Source: a virus. From it: DNA of 35,205 nucleotides. The notes beneath the pieces are model-generated. The model saw only the letters and a list, made by a program, of their open reading frames with translations. It was not told where the DNA came from and did no database searches. Where the stretch lies: the UHGV virus genome UHGV-0178511; one strand, given 5' to 3'. Made by a program: the position numbers and the translations under genes. Position 1 is the first letter of the stretch; each line of letters starts with the position of its first letter. Below, in pieces: positions 18,210-30,344 of this stretch.

Positions 18210-18452
18210 ATGGCAGAGATTATTCCCATGACTGAAGAACAGAAATTCCAGTTAGAGATTTACAAACTGGTCATGAACCAGAACGCAGCCGCAGAAGAAG
18301 CATTTCAATTCATTGGCACTGACGAGCTGAAGCTTGAGCTATTCAAAATTCACTTCCAGTCAGGTGGCGCTAATTCAGATATCACGACCCGCACTATCGA
18401 AGCGGTGCGTAAATCGAAGGAAGCGTTAGACCTGTTCACTACCGGAGCATGA
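18210..18452 (+). CDS. Hypothetical protein
   Basis: 80-aa ORF with RBS (aacggag) upstream of ATG. Confidence 0.45.
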   Translation: MAEIIPMTEEQKFQLEIYKLVMNQNAAAEEAFQFIGTDELKLELFKIHFQSGGANSDITTRTIEAVRKSKEALDLFTTGA

Positions 18453-18487
18453 TGCTCAGCCTGAAATAACAACTAAGTGAGATGAAT

Positions 18488-18976
18488 ATGGCAGCACCAA
18501 AGGGCAACCGATTTTGGGAGGCCCGCAGTAGTCATGGGCGAAATCCTAAATTCGAATCGCCTGAGGCGCTGTGGGCAGCTTGTTGTGAATACTTCGAGTG
18601 GGCTGATGATAACCCGCTATGGGAGGGTAAGGTATTTTCATATCAGGGAGAAATAATTAAGGCTAATGTCCCTAAGATGCGAGCCATGACTATTTCAGGA
18701 TTGTGTACCTTCCTTGATATCACCAGGCAAACATGGGGAACCTTCCGGTCAATGGAAGGTTTTTCTGACGTCACATCACGAGCGGAAGACATCATCTACG
18801 ACCAGAAATTCTCTGGCGCAGCCGCTGACCTTCTCAACGCTAACATCATCGCCCGTGATTTGGGCCTCAAAGAGCAGTCGCAAGTTGAAGACGTGACACC
18901 TGATAAGGGAGATCGCGATAAGCGACGCTCTCGTATCAAGGAGCTATTCAACCGTGGAACTGGACGCGATTCTTGA
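18488..18976 (+). CDS. terS: Terminase small subunit (P22 gene 3-like)
   Basis: [46 protein letters not shown]...; 3' end overlaps terL. pac site expected inside but not confidently located. Confidence 0.85.
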   Translation: MAAPKGNRFWEARSSHGRNPKFESPEALWAACCEYFEWADDNPLWEGKVFSYQGEIIKANVPKMRAMTISGLCTFLDITRQTWGTFRSMEGFSDVTSRAEDIIYDQKFSGAAADLLNANIIARDLGLKEQSQVEDVTPDKGDRDKRRSRIKELFNRGTGRDS

Positions 18977-20453
18977 TAACCTGAGCGACGAAGAGCAAAT
19001 AGAATTGCTCGAGCTACTCGAAGAAGAAGAGAACTACCGGAACACACACCTGCTATATGAATTTACGCCATACAGCAAACAGCGTGAGTTCATCGACGCC
19101 GGGCATGACTATCCAGAGCGCTGTTTTATGGCTGGTAACCAGCTTGGTAAGTCATTTACTGGTGCTGCTGAAGTCGCGTTTCACCTTACCGGGCGTTATC
19201 CGGGCACAAAAGGCTATCCTGCTGATGGTAAATATGGCGGGGAGTGGAAAGGTAAGCGTTTCTATGAGCCTGTTGTCTTCTGGATTGGTGGCGAGACAAA
19301 CGAGACTGTAACCAAAACGACTCAACGCATCCTGTGCGGTCGTATCGAAGAGAATGATGAACCTGGCTACGGTTCCATACCGAAAGAAGACATCATTAGC
19401 TGGAAGAAGTCTCCTTTCTTTCCGAACCTTGTTGATCATCTTCTGGTTAAGCATCACACGGCTGATGGCGTTGAAGATGGCATTTCAATCTGCTACTTCA
19501 AACCATACTCGCAAGGCCGTGCTCGCTGGCAGGGTGACACAATCCACGGCGTGTGGTTTGACGAAGAGCCACCATACAGCATTTATGGCGAAGGTCTTAC
19601 CCGTACCAACAAATACGGGCAATTCTCAATTCTGACGTTTACCCCGCTGATGGGGATGTCTGACGTTGTTACCAAGTTCCTGAAGAACCCCAGCAAGTCG
19701 CAGAAAGTGGTCAACATGACCATCTATGACGCTGAGCACTATACCGACGAGCAGAAAGAGCAAATCATCGCATCCTATCCAGAGCATGAGAGAGAGGCGC
19801 GTGCTCGCGGTATTCCTACGATGGGTAGCGGTCGAATCTTCCAGATACCGGAAGAGACGATTAAGTGTCAGCCGTTCGAGTGTCCGGATCACTTCTACGT
19901 AATTGGCGGGATGGATTTCGGATGGGATCACCCGCAGGCGCAGGTTCAGCTTTGGTGGGATAAGGACGCAGACACAATCTACGTTTCACGCGTGTGGAAG
20001 GCGAAAGAAAAGACAGCCGTTCAGGCGTGGGGAGCTGTTAAATCATGGGCGCATAAAGTGCCAACCGCATGGCCTCATGACGGAAACCAGCATGAGAAGG
20101 GCGGCGGTGAGCAGCTCAAAGGGCAGTATGCAGACGCTGGATTTATGATGTTGCAGGAGCATGCGACATGGCCTGATGGCGGTAACGCTGTGGAGCCTGG
20201 CATCACTGAATTGCGCGACATGATGCTCGATGGTCGCTTCAAAGTATTCAACACCTGTGAGCCATTCTTTGAGGAGTTCCGCCTCTATCACCGTGATGAA
20301 AACGGGAAAATCGTCAAGCTTAACGACGACGTTCTCTCAGCCGTTCGCTATGCATACATGATGCGCCGCTTCGCCAAAATGATGCGCGACATCAAAAAAC
20401 CAAAAGAGAAAAAGATACCAGCCCCAATCAGGCCCATCGCACGGAGAACTTAA
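18954..20453 (+). CDS. terL: Terminase large subunit (P22 gene 2-like)
   Basis: 499 aa, [58 protein letters not shown]... Confidence 0.95.
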   Translation: MELDAILDNLSDEEQIELLELLEEEENYRNTHLLYEFTPYSKQREFIDAGHDYPERCFMAGNQLGKSFTGAAEVAFHLTGRYPGTKGYPADGKYGGEWKGKRFYEPVVFWIGGETNETVTKTTQRILCGRIEENDEPGYGSIPKEDIISWKKSPFFPNLVDHLLVKHHTADGVEDGISICYFKPYSQGRARWQGDTIHGVWFDEEPPYSIYGEGLTRTNKYGQFSILTFTPLMGMSDVVTKFLKNPSKSQKVVNMTIYDAEHYTDEQKEQIIASYPEHEREARARGIPTMGSGRIFQIPEETIKCQPFECPDHFYVIGGMDFGWDHPQAQVQLWWDKDADTIYVSRVWKAKEKTAVQAWGAVKSWAHKVPTAWPHDGNQHEKGGGEQLKGQYADAGFMMLQEHATWPDGGNAVEPGITELRDMMLDGRFKVFNTCEPFFEEFRLYHRDENGKIVKLNDDVLSAVRYAYMMRRFAKMMRDIKKPKEKKIPAPIRPIARRT

Positions 20454-22619
20454 ATGGCCGACGAAAACAGACTCAATTCCATTCTGTGTAAGTTTGACGC
20501 GGACTGGATGGCGAGCGATGAAGCCAGAACCGAGGCGACAAATGACCTGTATTTTAGCCGAGTGTCGCAATGGGATGACTGGCTATCAAACTACACTACC
20601 CTGCAATATCGCGGACAATTCGATGTTGTTCGCCCGGTGGTCAGGAAACTGGTAGCAGAGATGCGCCGGAACCCTATCGACGTTCTCTTCCGACCCAAAG
20701 ACGGCGCTAATCCTGATGCTGCCGATGTGTTGATGGGAATGTATCGTACTGATATGCGCCATAACACGGCAAAGATTGCCGTTAACGTTGGCGTTCGTGA
20801 GCAGATAGAGTCCGGCGTTGGTGCATGGCGTCTGGTCACCCAGTACGAAGACAACGACCCAACAAGCAACAATCAGGTAATCCGACGCCTGCCAATCCAT
20901 GAAGCCTGCTCGCACGTCATATGGGACGCCAACAGCAAGCAGATGGATAAGAGCGACGCTAAGCACTGCACGGTGATTAACGCTTTGTCACGCAATGGCT
21001 GGAAAGAGTTCGCAGAGGATTACGGTATTGATCCTGATACCTTGCCATCTTTCCAGAATCCGAACGATACATGGCTGTTTCCGTGGGTATCGAATGATGT
21101 CGTCTACGTCGCTGAGTATTACGAGGTCGAAGAGAAGAAAGAGAAAGTCTTCATCTACCGCGACCCGCTGACAGGTGAGCCGGTCAGCTATTACCAGCAG
21201 GATATCAAAGACGTCATCGACGACCTGGCTAATCGTGGATTCATTAAGGTAGCAGAGCGTAAGGTCAAGCGTCGGCGTGTGTATAAGTCGATCATCACCT
21301 GCACGCAGATACTGAAAGACCGCGAGAAGATAGCCGGAGAGCATATCCCAATCGTTCCTGTGTACGGCGAATGGTCATTCGCTGGTGACAAGGAGTGCTA
21401 CGAGGGCGTGGTAAGGCTGACGAAAGACGGTCAACGCCTTCGTAACATGATCATGTCGTTCAACGCCGATATTGTTGCTCGTTCACCGAAGAAGAAACCG
21501 ACCTTCTTCCCTGAGCAAATCGAAGGCTACGAATACATGTACGGTGGAAATGATGACTATCCGTACTATCTGCAGAACAGGACCGATGAAAACGGTAACG
21601 ACCTGCCGATTGGTCCAATCTCCTACATGGAAAACCCTGAAGTGCCGCAAGCCAACGCTTACATGCTTGAGGCTGCCACCAACGCAGTGAAAGAGGTGGC
21701 TAGTCTTGGTGTGGATGCGCAGGCAGCAAATTCTCAGGTCGCTTTCGATACCGTCAATCAACTGAACATGCGGGCAGACCTTGAGACATACGTGTTTCAG
21801 GATAACCTTGCTACCGCAATGCGACGTGATGGCGAGATTTATGCCTCAATGGTCAATGATATTTATGACGTTCCTCGTCATGTAACGCTGACACTTGAAG
21901 ATGGTAGCGAGAAAGACGTTCAACTCTACGCGCAAGTTGTAGATTACCAGTCCGGTAATGTGGTCACACTCAACGACATTCGCGGTCGCTATGAGTGCTA
22001 TACCGACGTTGGACCATCCTTCCAGAGTATGAAGGAACAGAACCGCGCAGAGATTCAGGAGTTACTCACCAAGGTTCCGCAAGGTACTCCAGAGTTCCAG
22101 ATGCTGATGTTGCAATACTTCACGCTGCTTGACGGTAAAGGCGTCGAGATGATGCGAGAGTATGCGAACAAGCAACTGGTGATGATGGGGCTGAAGAAAC
22201 CAGAAACACCTGAAGAGATGGAGATGGTACAACAGGCGCAACAGCAGCCGCAGCAGCCATCAGCAGAGCAAATTCAGGCGCAGGGTATCCTTCTGCAAGG
22301 TCAGGCTGAATTGCTCAAGGCAGAGAACCAACAGGCGCAGATTCAGGTTGAAGCTGCCAAGGTTGAAGCTCAAAACCAACTCAACGCCGCGAAGATTGCA
22401 GAAATCTTCAACAATATGGACCTCGACAAGCAGGCAGAACTGCGTGAGTACCTCAAGCTCGTAGGTCAATTCCAGCAACAGCGCAGCAAAGATGCTCGTG
22501 CTAACGCTGAGCTGCTTCTTAAAGATGCAGACCAGACTCATTCACAACGCATGGATTTCGCGAATCTTATGCGTCAAGTTCAAATCCCCTCCGGCGGAGT
22601 AGCCGAGACACCTCAATAA
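20454..22619 (+). CDS. Portal protein (P22 gene 1-like)
   Basis: 721 aa with C-terminal Gln-rich coiled-coil barrel ([50 protein letters not shown]). Confidence 0.95.
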   Translation: MADENRLNSILCKFDADWMASDEARTEATNDLYFSRVSQWDDWLSNYTTLQYRGQFDVVRPVVRKLVAEMRRNPIDVLFRPKDGANPDAADVLMGMYRTDMRHNTAKIAVNVGVREQIESGVGAWRLVTQYEDNDPTSNNQVIRRLPIHEACSHVIWDANSKQMDKSDAKHCTVINALSRNGWKEFAEDYGIDPDTLPSFQNPNDTWLFPWVSNDVVYVAEYYEVEEKKEKVFIYRDPLTGEPVSYYQQDIKDVIDDLANRGFIKVAERKVKRRRVYKSIITCTQILKDREKIAGEHIPIVPVYGEWSFAGDKECYEGVVRLTKDGQRLRNMIMSFNADIVARSPKKKPTFFPEQIEGYEYMYGGNDDYPYYLQNRTDENGNDLPIGPISYMENPEVPQANAYMLEAATNAVKEVASLGVDAQAANSQVAFDTVNQLNMRADLETYVFQDNLATAMRRDGEIYASMVNDIYDVPRHVTLTLEDGSEKDVQLYAQVVDYQSGNVVTLNDIRGRYECYTDVGPSFQSMKEQNRAEIQELLTKVPQGTPEFQMLMLQYFTLLDGKGVEMMREYANKQLVMMGLKKPETPEEMEMVQQAQQQPQQPSAEQIQAQGILLQGQAELLKAENQQAQIQVEAAKVEAQNQLNAAKIAEIFNNMDLDKQAELREYLKLVGQFQQQRSKDARANAELLLKDADQTHSQRMDFANLMRQVQIPSGGVAETPQ

Positions 22620-22632
22620 GAGAGAGTTAATC

Positions 22633-23544
22633 ATGGACCAAACCACCGACATTCAGGCTTCTGAAGAATTAACCCTGCCCGGCAATCATGCAGCGGCATC
22701 TGCTGATGGCTTAGTTGTCGATAATGCCAACGACAGCGCAGGTCAGGAAGAAGGCTTCGAGATTGTCCTGAAAGACGATGAGAAACCAAAACAAGACCCG
22801 GCAACTAATGCTGAATTTGCCCGTCGCCGCATCGAACGCAAACGCCAGCGTGAGCTTGAGCAGCAGATGGAAGCGGTTAAGCGTGGAGAATTGCCGGAGC
22901 ACCTGCGGGTGAACCCTGAGTTACCAAAACAACCAGACCCTAACGATTATCTTTCCGAAGATGCACTGGCTAAGTACGACTATGACCAGAGCCGCGCACT
23001 GGCCGCCTTCCAGCAGGCAAACAGTGAATGGCAGATCAAGGCTATGGACGCACGAAGCCAGGCTGTCGCCGAGCAGGGTCGCAAAACTCAGGAGTTCACC
23101 CAGCAATCAGCGCAATACGTCGAGGCAGCCCGTAAGCACTACGACGCAGCGGAAAAGCTCAATATCCCTGACTATCAGGAGAAAGAGGATGCATTCATGC
23201 AACTGGTGCCGCCAGCAGTCGGTGCCGACATCATGCGCCTCTTCCCGGAGAAATCTGCCGCTCTCATGTATCACCTTGGTGCTAATCCTGAGAAAACACG
23301 CCAGTTGCTGGCGATGGACGGGCAATCCGCGCTGATTGAAATCACTCGACTGTCAGAACGTTTAACTCTCAAGCCTCGAGCTAAGCCTGTTTCAGAAGCC
23401 CCGTTACCTGATGAACCCATTCAGGGACACGCTGTTGCTGCAAATATATCTGCGATTGAAAAGCAGATGGAAGCGGCAGCAAACAAAGGGGATGTAGAGG
23501 CATACCGCAAGCTTAAGGCGCAACTGAATAAAGGAATTCGATAA
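22633..23544 (+). CDS. Scaffolding protein (P22 gene 8-like)
   Basis: 303 aa; long stretches match my recollection of P22 gp8 ([68 protein letters not shown]). Confidence 0.9.
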   Translation: MDQTTDIQASEELTLPGNHAAASADGLVVDNANDSAGQEEGFEIVLKDDEKPKQDPATNAEFARRRIERKRQRELEQQMEAVKRGELPEHLRVNPELPKQPDPNDYLSEDALAKYDYDQSRALAAFQQANSEWQIKAMDARSQAVAEQGRKTQEFTQQSAQYVEAARKHYDAAEKLNIPDYQEKEDAFMQLVPPAVGADIMRLFPEKSAALMYHLGANPEKTRQLLAMDGQSALIEITRLSERLTLKPRAKPVSEAPLPDEPIQGHAVAANISAIEKQMEAAANKGDVEAYRKLKAQLNKGIR

Positions 23545-24839
23545 TGGCATTAAATGAAGGTCAACTGGTCACGTATGCTCTGGATGAAATCATCGAAACC
23601 GTCCAGAACCTGACGCCAATGGCGTCCAAAGTGACAAAATACACCCCTCCGGCAGAATCCATGCAGCGTTCAAGCAACACCGTGTGGATGCCTGTTGAGC
23701 AGGAAGCGCCAACCCAGACTGGCTGGGATTTAACTGGCAACGCAACCGGGATTCTGGAACTCTCCGTGAAGTGCAACATGGGCGATCCGGATAACGATTT
23801 CTTCGAGCTTCGTGCAGATGACCTGCGTGATGAGCGTTCTTACCGTCGCCGCATCCAGGCATCCGCCAAAAAACTGGCGAATAACATTGAGTCAGCGATT
23901 GCCAAACAGGCAACTGAAATGGGCTCGCTTGTTGTTCACGATACCCGCGCAATTGGTCCATCTACTGGCCTGTCTGGCTGGGATTTTGTGTCTGATGCAG
24001 AGCGCCTGATGTTCTCCCGCGAGCTAAACCGCGATATGGGCATCAGTTACTTCCTGAACCCTGACGATTACCGCAAAGCAGGCCGCAACCTGGTAGATGG
24101 TGACATCTTCGGGCGCGTTCCTGAAGAAGCGTATCGCAACGGTACCATTCAGCGTCAGATTGCTGGCTTTGATGAAATTCTTCGCTCACCGAAACTTCCG
24201 GCTGTTACCAAGTCAACCGCTACTGGTGTAACTGTTTCTGGTGCGCAGAAGTTTAAGCCGCAGGCATACACCCTTGATACCGATGGTAACAAAGAGAACG
24301 TCGACAACCGTGTTGCAACGGTGATCGTATCCTCCACCACCGGATTTAAGCGCGGCGACAAAATCAGCTTCACTGGTGTGAAATTCCTGTCTCAGATGGC
24401 GAAGAACGTGCTGACTGATGATGCGACTTTCTCAATCACCCGTGTGATCGATGATACTCACATCGAAATCACGCCGAAGCCGATTGCGCTTGATGACTCT
24501 TCACTGACAAAAGAAGAGAAGGCTTACGCTAACGTAAACACCTCTCTTGCTGATTCCACTCCGGTAAACGTTCTGAACGTGGCAACAACCACCGCTAACG
24601 TGTTCTGGGCTGATGACTCAATCCGCCTGCTGTCTCAGCCGATTCCGGTAACCCATGAACTGTTTGCTGGCATGAAAACGTCTTCCTTCAGCATTCCTGG
24701 TATTGGTGTTAACGGCATCTTCGCAACGCAGGGTGATATCAATACTCTGTCTGGTAAGTGCCGTATTGCTGTGTGGTATTCAGCATGTGCTGTACGGCCA
24801 GAGGCAATTGGTATTGGTCTGCCTAACCAGACCGCGTGA
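23544..24839 (+). CDS. Major coat protein (P22 gene 5-like)
   Basis: 431-aa ORF starting [23 protein letters not shown], in P22 gene 5 position. Confidence 0.95.
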   Translation: MALNEGQLVTYALDEIIETVQNLTPMASKVTKYTPPAESMQRSSNTVWMPVEQEAPTQTGWDLTGNATGILELSVKCNMGDPDNDFFELRADDLRDERSYRRRIQASAKKLANNIESAIAKQATEMGSLVVHDTRAIGPSTGLSGWDFVSDAERLMFSRELNRDMGISYFLNPDDYRKAGRNLVDGDIFGRVPEEAYRNGTIQRQIAGFDEILRSPKLPAVTKSTATGVTVSGAQKFKPQAYTLDTDGNKENVDNRVATVIVSSTTGFKRGDKISFTGVKFLSQMAKNVLTDDATFSITRVIDDTHIEITPKPIALDDSSLTKEEKAYANVNTSLADSTPVNVLNVATTTANVFWADDSIRLLSQPIPVTHELFAGMKTSSFSIPGIGVNGIFATQGDINTLSGKCRIAVWYSACAVRPEAIGIGLPNQTA

Positions 24840-24847
24840 TAACCAGA

Positions 24848-24870
24848 GGGAGCTTCGGCTCCCGTTTTTA
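24848..24870 (+). terminator. Intrinsic terminator/attenuator after the coat gene
   Basis: gggagc-ttcg-gctccc hairpin followed by gTTTTTa, 9 bp after the coat stop. Confidence 0.6.
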
Positions 24871-24883
24871 TCTGGAGACAAGC

Positions 24884-25108
24884 ATGACACACATGATCTT
24901 TCGTCATGGCGACATGAAGAAGTGGAAAGGCGTTGGCTACGACTTTGAAATCGTGAAAGCCGAAGAGCTTCAGGAATATCTGGATGCTGGTTGGTTTTCA
25001 CATCCTGATGACCTTTTGAAGGATGTTGCAGAGCCAGAAGAAAAACAGCGTAAAAAGCCTGGTCGAAAACCTAAGGCGGCAGCAGATGAACCTGACAACG
25101 AAGGGTGA
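24884..25108 (+). CDS. Small acidic/basic-tailed ORF between coat and gp4
   Basis: 74 aa ([34 protein letters not shown]...[10 protein letters not shown]); P22 has a short ORF here. Confidence 0.4.
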   Translation: MTHMIFRHGDMKKWKGVGYDFEIVKAEELQEYLDAGWFSHPDDLLKDVAEPEEKQRKKPGRKPKAAADEPDNEG

Positions 25109-25586
25109 TTTAGTCCTTGCGGCATTACGTAAGCTCGGTGTGGCATCAAATGCCACGTTAACCGATGTCGAACCGCAGTCTATGGAAGACGGCGTCAACG
25201 ACCTTGAAATGATGATGGCTGAATGGCTTGGAGGTGATGCGTCACCTGGTATCAACGTTGGCTACATTTTCGCTGATGCAGATGTCGCTCCGGATCCTGG
25301 CGATGAGCACGGTTTGTCAAATAACGCTATCAATGCCGTCATTTTCAACCTTGCCTGCCGCATTGCTCCAGATTATGCGCTGGAAGCGTCTGCAAAACTT
25401 ATAACCACTGCCAGATACGGGAAAGAGCGACTCGTCAAACTGTCTGCAATGGACAGAGCAAAAGCCGCTAAATGTAAGTCCGGTTATCCAAACCGTATGC
25501 CTGTTGGTAGCGGTAATCAGTTGGCGAAGTGGAACGGTTGGAATTACTTCCACCGGAAGGAACCTTGCGATAACGGGAGCGAATAA
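25086..25586 (+). CDS. Head-completion/tail-adaptor protein (P22 gene 4-like)
   Basis: Start at internal Met ([33 protein letters not shown]...) giving about 166 aa like P22 gp4. Confidence 0.85.
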   Translation: MNLTTKGDLVLAALRKLGVASNATLTDVEPQSMEDGVNDLEMMMAEWLGGDASPGINVGYIFADADVAPDPGDEHGLSNNAINAVIFNLACRIAPDYALEASAKLITTARYGKERLVKLSAMDRAKAAKCKSGYPNRMPVGSGNQLAKWNGWNYFHRKEPCDNGSE

Positions 25587-27005
25587 ATGCCGATTCAGCA
25601 ACTTCCGCTTATGAAAGGTGTCGGCAAAGACTTTCGAAACGCCGACTATATCGACTATCTGCCAGTGAATATGCTGGCAACCCCCAAAGAAATCCTCAAC
25701 AGCAGTGGATATCTTCGCTCATTCCCTGGCATTGCCAAACGCTCTGATGTGAACGGTGTATCTCGCGGCGTCGAGTACAACATGGCGCAGAGTGCTGTTT
25801 ATCGCGTGTGTGGTGGGAAGCTTTACAAAGGCGAAAGCGAAGTCGGTGACGTCTCCGGAAGTGGTCGCGTATCAATGGCGCATGGTCGGACATCTCAGGC
25901 TGTAGGCGTTAATGGTCAACTGGTAGAGTATCGTTATGATGGCACGGTTAAAACCGTCTCAAACTGGCCTACAAACAGCGGATTCACGCAGTATGAGTTA
26001 GGCTCGGTCCGCGACATTACGCGCTTACGTGGGCGTTATGCGTGGTCAAAAGACGGAACTGATTCATGGTTTATCACTGACCTTGAAGACGAATCGCATC
26101 CTGACCGCTACAGCGCACAATATCGTGCCGAGTCGCAGCCTGACGGCATCATCGGAATCGGAACATGGCGAGACTTCATCGTCTGCTTTGGTTCATCGAC
26201 GATTGAATATTTTTCCCTGACAGGTGCAACCACCGTTGGTGCCGCTTTGTATGTCGCCCAGCCATCACTGATGGTGCAGAAAGGCATTGCCGGAACCTAC
26301 TGCAAAACGCCGTTTGCTGACTCGTATGCGTTCATCAGCAATCCGGCAACAGGCGCGCCGTCTGTGTACATCATCGGCTCCGGTCAGGTATCACCAATCG
26401 CCAGCGCGAGCATTGAGAAAATCCTCCGCTCCTACACTGCTGATGAACTGGCTGATGGCGTGATGGAGTCTCTGCGATTTGATGCGCATGAGCTGCTGAT
26501 TATCCACCTGCCGCGCCATGTTCTTGTTTACGACGCATCTTCAAGCGCCAATGGTCCGCAATGGTGTGTGTTGAAAACAGGCCTGTATGACGATGTGTAC
26601 CGCGCTATCGACTTCATTTACGAAGGCAATCAGATAACGTGCGGCGATAAGCTGGAGTCCGTGACCGGGAAATTGCAATTCGACATCAGCAGCCAGTACG
26701 ACAAGCAACAGGAACACCTGCTGTTTACTCCACTGTTCAAAGCGGATAACGCCAGAGTGTTCGACCTTGAGGTTGAATCGTCAACTGGCGTTGCGCAGTA
26801 TGCTGACCGCCTTTTTCTCTCTGCAACCACTGACGGCATCAATTACGGGCGTGAGCAGATGATTGAGCAGAATGAACCGTTCGTTTACGACAAACGCGTT
26901 TTGTGGAAGCGAGTAGGGCGCATCAGGAAAAATGTCGGCTTCAAATTGCGCGTTATCACGAAGTCACCTGTCACTCTGTCTGGCTGCCAGATAAGGATTG
27001 AGTAA
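25587..27005 (+). CDS. Tail hub protein (P22 gene 10-like)
   Basis: 472 aa, [49 protein letters not shown]... Confidence 0.9.
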   Translation: MPIQQLPLMKGVGKDFRNADYIDYLPVNMLATPKEILNSSGYLRSFPGIAKRSDVNGVSRGVEYNMAQSAVYRVCGGKLYKGESEVGDVSGSGRVSMAHGRTSQAVGVNGQLVEYRYDGTVKTVSNWPTNSGFTQYELGSVRDITRLRGRYAWSKDGTDSWFITDLEDESHPDRYSAQYRAESQPDGIIGIGTWRDFIVCFGSSTIEYFSLTGATTVGAALYVAQPSLMVQKGIAGTYCKTPFADSYAFISNPATGAPSVYIIGSGQVSPIASASIEKILRSYTADELADGVMESLRFDAHELLIIHLPRHVLVYDASSSANGPQWCVLKTGLYDDVYRAIDFIYEGNQITCGDKLESVTGKLQFDISSQYDKQQEHLLFTPLFKADNARVFDLEVESSTGVAQYADRLFLSATTDGINYGREQMIEQNEPFVYDKRVLWKRVGRIRKNVGFKLRVITKSPVTLSGCQIRIE

Positions 27006-27853
27006 TGGCGGATTCGAATCTCAATGTGCCGGTAATCATCCAGGCTACGCGGCTCGACACATCAGTCCTTCCACGCAATATCTTCTCGCAGTCATATCTG
27101 CTGTACGTTATCGCACAGGGCACTGATGTTGGTAACGTGGCTAACAAAGCCAACGAGGCCGGACAGGGCGCTTATGATGCACAGGTCAGGAACGATGAGC
27201 AGGATGTGATTCTCGCTGACCATGAGCAGCGAATTTCTGCTGCGGAAGCAACGCTTGTTAATCATGAGGAGCGAATCAGCCAGGCAGAATCAACTCTTCA
27301 GGACCATGAAACACGAATAGCTCAGAATGAAAGCGATATTTCGTCGCTTGACACAAGAGTTCAGTCGCTGGAGTCGCAGGTTTCAGACCATGAAACGCGC
27401 ATCGATGCTCTGGAGTATGCCACTACTCGCAAGAAGTCGGAGGTTGTTTACTCTGGCGTATCTGTAACCATCCCGACAGCGCCGACCAACCTTGTTAGCC
27501 TACTGAAAACGCTCACGCCGTCATCCGGCACGTTGGCACCATTCTTCGACACCGTTAACAACAAGATGGTTGTGTTCAACGAGAACAAAACCTTGTTCTT
27601 CAAGCTGTCGATCGTCGGGACGTGGCCCAGCGGAACCGCAAACAGGTCAATGCAGCTAACCTTTTCCGGCTCTGTTCCTGACACACTGGTCAGCAGTCGT
27701 AATGCGGCGACAACAACCGACAACATCCTGTTAGCTACGTTCTTCAGCGTGGATAAAGACGGCTTTCTTGCCACAAATGGCAGTACGTTAACCATTCAGT
27801 CAAATGGGGCGGCGTTTACTGCCACAACCATCAAGATAATCGCGGAGCAGTAA
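27005..27853 (+). CDS. Tail needle protein with trimeric coiled-coil and C-terminal knob (Sf6-type rather than P22 gp26)
   Basis: 282 aa; heptad-like repeats ([64 protein letters not shown]) then about 140 aa globular C-terminus. Confidence 0.8.
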   Translation: MADSNLNVPVIIQATRLDTSVLPRNIFSQSYLLYVIAQGTDVGNVANKANEAGQGAYDAQVRNDEQDVILADHEQRISAAEATLVNHEERISQAESTLQDHETRIAQNESDISSLDTRVQSLESQVSDHETRIDALEYATTRKKSEVVYSGVSVTIPTAPTNLVSLLKTLTPSSGTLAPFFDTVNNKMVVFNENKTLFFKLSIVGTWPSGTANRSMQLTFSGSVPDTLVSSRNAATTTDNILLATFFSVDKDGFLATNGSTLTIQSNGAAFTATTIKIIAEQ

Positions 27854-28308
27854 TGATTCAGTTCAAACCAACGCGAAACATCGACCTGATCGAAGCAGTC
27901 GGAAATCACCCTGACATTATTGCCGGAAGCAACAACGGTGATGGATACGACTACAAGCCTGAATGCCGTTACTTTGAGGTGAACGTGCACGGTCAGTTTG
28001 GCGGCATTGTTTACTATCAGGAGATTCAGCCGATGACCTTTGATTGCCACGCCATGTACCTGCCAGAGATTCGCGGCTTCAGCAAGGAAATCGGGCTGGC
28101 GTTCTGGCGATACATTCTGACTAACACCACCGTTCAGTGCATCACATCGTTCGCTGCACGCAAATTCCGCCACGGGCAGATGTACTGCGCAATGATTGGC
28201 CTTAAGCGTGTAGGAACCATCAAGAAATACTTCAAAGGCGTGGATGACGTGACGTTTTACAGCGCCACACGCGAAGAATTAATCGACTTCCTGAATCACG
28301 GGAGATAG
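27853..28308 (+). CDS. Virion-associated protein in the P22 gene 14 position
   Basis: 151-aa ORF between tail needle and ejection proteins; assignment by synteny only. Confidence 0.45.
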   Translation: MIQFKPTRNIDLIEAVGNHPDIIAGSNNGDGYDYKPECRYFEVNVHGQFGGIVYYQEIQPMTFDCHAMYLPEIRGFSKEIGLAFWRYILTNTTVQCITSFAARKFRHGQMYCAMIGLKRVGTIKKYFKGVDDVTFYSATREELIDFLNHGR

Positions 28309-28310
28309 CC

Positions 28311-29003
28311 ATGTTATATGCATTTAAGCTGGGCAGAAAACTGCGCGGCGAGGAACCTTATTGCCCTGAAAAAGGCGGGAAAGGTGGCAGCTCTGATAAA
28401 AGCGCAAAGTATGCAGCAGAAGCTCAGAAGTATGCCGCAGACCTGCAAAATCAGCAGTGGCAGACGATCATGAAAAACCTTGCTCCGTTCACGCCGCTTG
28501 CGGAGCAGTATGTTAACCAGCTTCAGAATCTTTCCAGTTTAGAAGGTCAGGGGCAGGCACTTAATCAGTATTACAACTCTCAGCAGTATAAAGACCTTGC
28601 AGGGCAGGCGCGTTACCAGAGTCTTGCTGCTGCGGAGGCGACGGGTGGACTTGGTTCGACAGCCACAAGCAATCAACTGGCTACGATCGCGCCGACACTC
28701 GGTCAGTCTTGGTTATCAAATCAGATGAGCAATTACAACAATCTAGCAAACGTTGGGCTTGGTGCGCTGCAAGGTCAGGCAAACGCCGGGCAGACGTACG
28801 CCAACAACATGAGCAGCATTGCACAGCAAAGCGCAGCTCTTGCCGCTGCTAATGCCAATAAACCATCAAGTCTTCAGACTGCAATTAGCGGTGGCACGTC
28901 TGGTGCGATTGCCGGTGCAGGTCTTGCCAGCCTTTTGGGAACATCAACTCCTTGGGGCGCTGGCATTGGTGCTGGTATCGGATTGCTTGGCTCGTTGTTT
29001 TAA
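28311..29003 (+). CDS. Ejection/internal virion protein (P22 gene 7-like)
   Basis: 230 aa, Gly/Ala/Gln-rich with C-terminal hydrophobic Gly-zipper tail; synteny. Confidence 0.7.
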   Translation: MLYAFKLGRKLRGEEPYCPEKGGKGGSSDKSAKYAAEAQKYAADLQNQQWQTIMKNLAPFTPLAEQYVNQLQNLSSLEGQGQALNQYYNSQQYKDLAGQARYQSLAAAEATGGLGSTATSNQLATIAPTLGQSWLSNQMSNYNNLANVGLGALQGQANAGQTYANNMSSIAQQSAALAAANANKPSSLQTAISGGTSGAIAGAGLASLLGTSTPWGAGIGAGIGLLGSLF

Positions 29004-29012
29004 GGGGTAATC

Positions 29013-30344
29013 ATGGCTACTTGGCAAGGAACAAACGGCGGATTGTTGGCTGGTATCGGCGGCGTCAACTCAAACGCTCCGAGCGTAAATGACATCGGCA
29101 ATACGCTTCAGCTTATCAGGCAGAACAATGATATTGAGCGTTCAGGCGCTAACAATGTTGGGCTGACTGCTTTGCAAGGTCTTTCAGGTATTGCGGGTGT
29201 TTTTCAGCAGGAAAAGCAGGCTCAGCGGCAGAAAGAATTTCAGCAGGCGTACGCTAATGCTTATGCGTCTGGTGATCGCGGTGCTTTGCGTCAGTTGGCT
29301 ACTCAATATCCAGACCAGATTGAATCCGTTCGTAAAGGCATGGGATTCATTGATGAAGAGCAGCGTAATTCTATCGGCACCTTAGCGGCTGGCGCACGCC
29401 TTGCGTCATCGTCTCCAGAAGCAATGCAATCATGGCTGCAAAACAACGCCGGTGAGTTAGCTCGTGTTGGCGTTAATCCTCATGACGTCGCTCAGATGTA
29501 CCAACAGAACCCGCGGCAGTTCGGCGAATTTGTCGATCATCTGGGGATGAACAGTCTCGGGCCCGAAAAATACTTTGACCTACAGGATAAAATGCAGGGT
29601 CGCCAGGTTACCATGCGCGGTCAGGATCTGGATTCGCAAACCGCCGCTCGGAATCAGGCAATCACAATGCGCGGACAAGATATCCAGGCGAATTTAGGTC
29701 AGCAGCGCATTAATCTGGACGCAGAAACAAACCGCATTAACAACGAAAATAAGCGCCTTGACCGGATGCTATCAGCAGAAACTAACGACCTGAAGCGCCA
29801 GGAAATACAGAGCCGCATAGCAGCCAACAACCAGCAGTTGCAGCAGAAGCAGCAAGCGCTAAATGATGGCTACAAAGACGGCATCAACACCCTCACAACC
29901 AGCATGTTCACTCTGAACGATATCGTTAGTTCTCCTTCACTTAAGAGCATTACAGGCTTACGTGGAGTAATCCCCAACGTTCCAGGCTCACAGGCTGCAG
30001 ACACTCAGGCACGACTTGATACCTTTAAATCACAAGCATACCTGACAGCAGTTCAGGCCATGCGAGGCATGGGCGCACTTTCTGATGCCGAGGGCAAAAA
30101 GCTCGACCAGGCTGTTGGTTCGCTGCAGAACTCGCAGAGCGAGGAGTCCTTTCGTCGCAACGCTGGCGTCATCCTGAACACGCTCAACCAGAAGCGTAAT
30201 GAGGCGGTTGGTAAGTACGTTCAGCAAAACGGTATCAAGCGAGTGGAAGCGCCTCAGGCTTCTATAGATTACCTGAAGCAGCACCCAGAGCTGTCAATCG
30301 ACTTCATTAATCGCTACGGATATCTTCCATCTTTGGGGCAGTAA
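29013..30344 (+). CDS. Ejection protein (P22 gene 20-like)
   Basis: 443 aa, Gln/Asn-rich; synteny. Confidence 0.7.
   Translation: MATWQGTNGGLLAGIGGVNSNAPSVNDIGNTLQLIRQNNDIERSGANNVGLTALQGLSGIAGVFQQEKQAQRQKEFQQAYANAYASGDRGALRQLATQYPDQIESVRKGMGFIDEEQRNSIGTLAAGARLASSSPEAMQSWLQNNAGELARVGVNPHDVAQMYQQNPRQFGEFVDHLGMNSLGPEKYFDLQDKMQGRQVTMRGQDLDSQTAARNQAITMRGQDIQANLGQQRINLDAETNRINNENKRLDRMLSAETNDLKRQEIQSRIAANNQQLQQKQQALNDGYKDGINTLTTSMFTLNDIVSSPSLKSITGLRGVIPNVPGSQAADTQARLDTFKSQAYLTAVQAMRGMGALSDAEGKKLDQAVGSLQNSQSEESFRRNAGVILNTLNQKRNEAVGKYVQQNGIKRVEAPQASIDYLKQHPELSIDFINRYGYLPSLGQ

Noticed and set aside
18750-18810. Attempt to pinpoint the pac site inside terS
   Set aside because: I could not match a pac consensus confidently from memory; left unannotated.
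22200-22420. Gln-rich low-complexity stretch read as a possible repeat expansion
   Set aside because: It encodes the C-terminal coiled-coil barrel of the portal protein, a normal feature of P22-like portals.
20586-22541. Minus-strand ORFs within the portal gene, and similar antisense ORFs within scaffold, coat, gp10 and ejection genes
   Set aside because: Antisense shadows of confidently identified structural genes.
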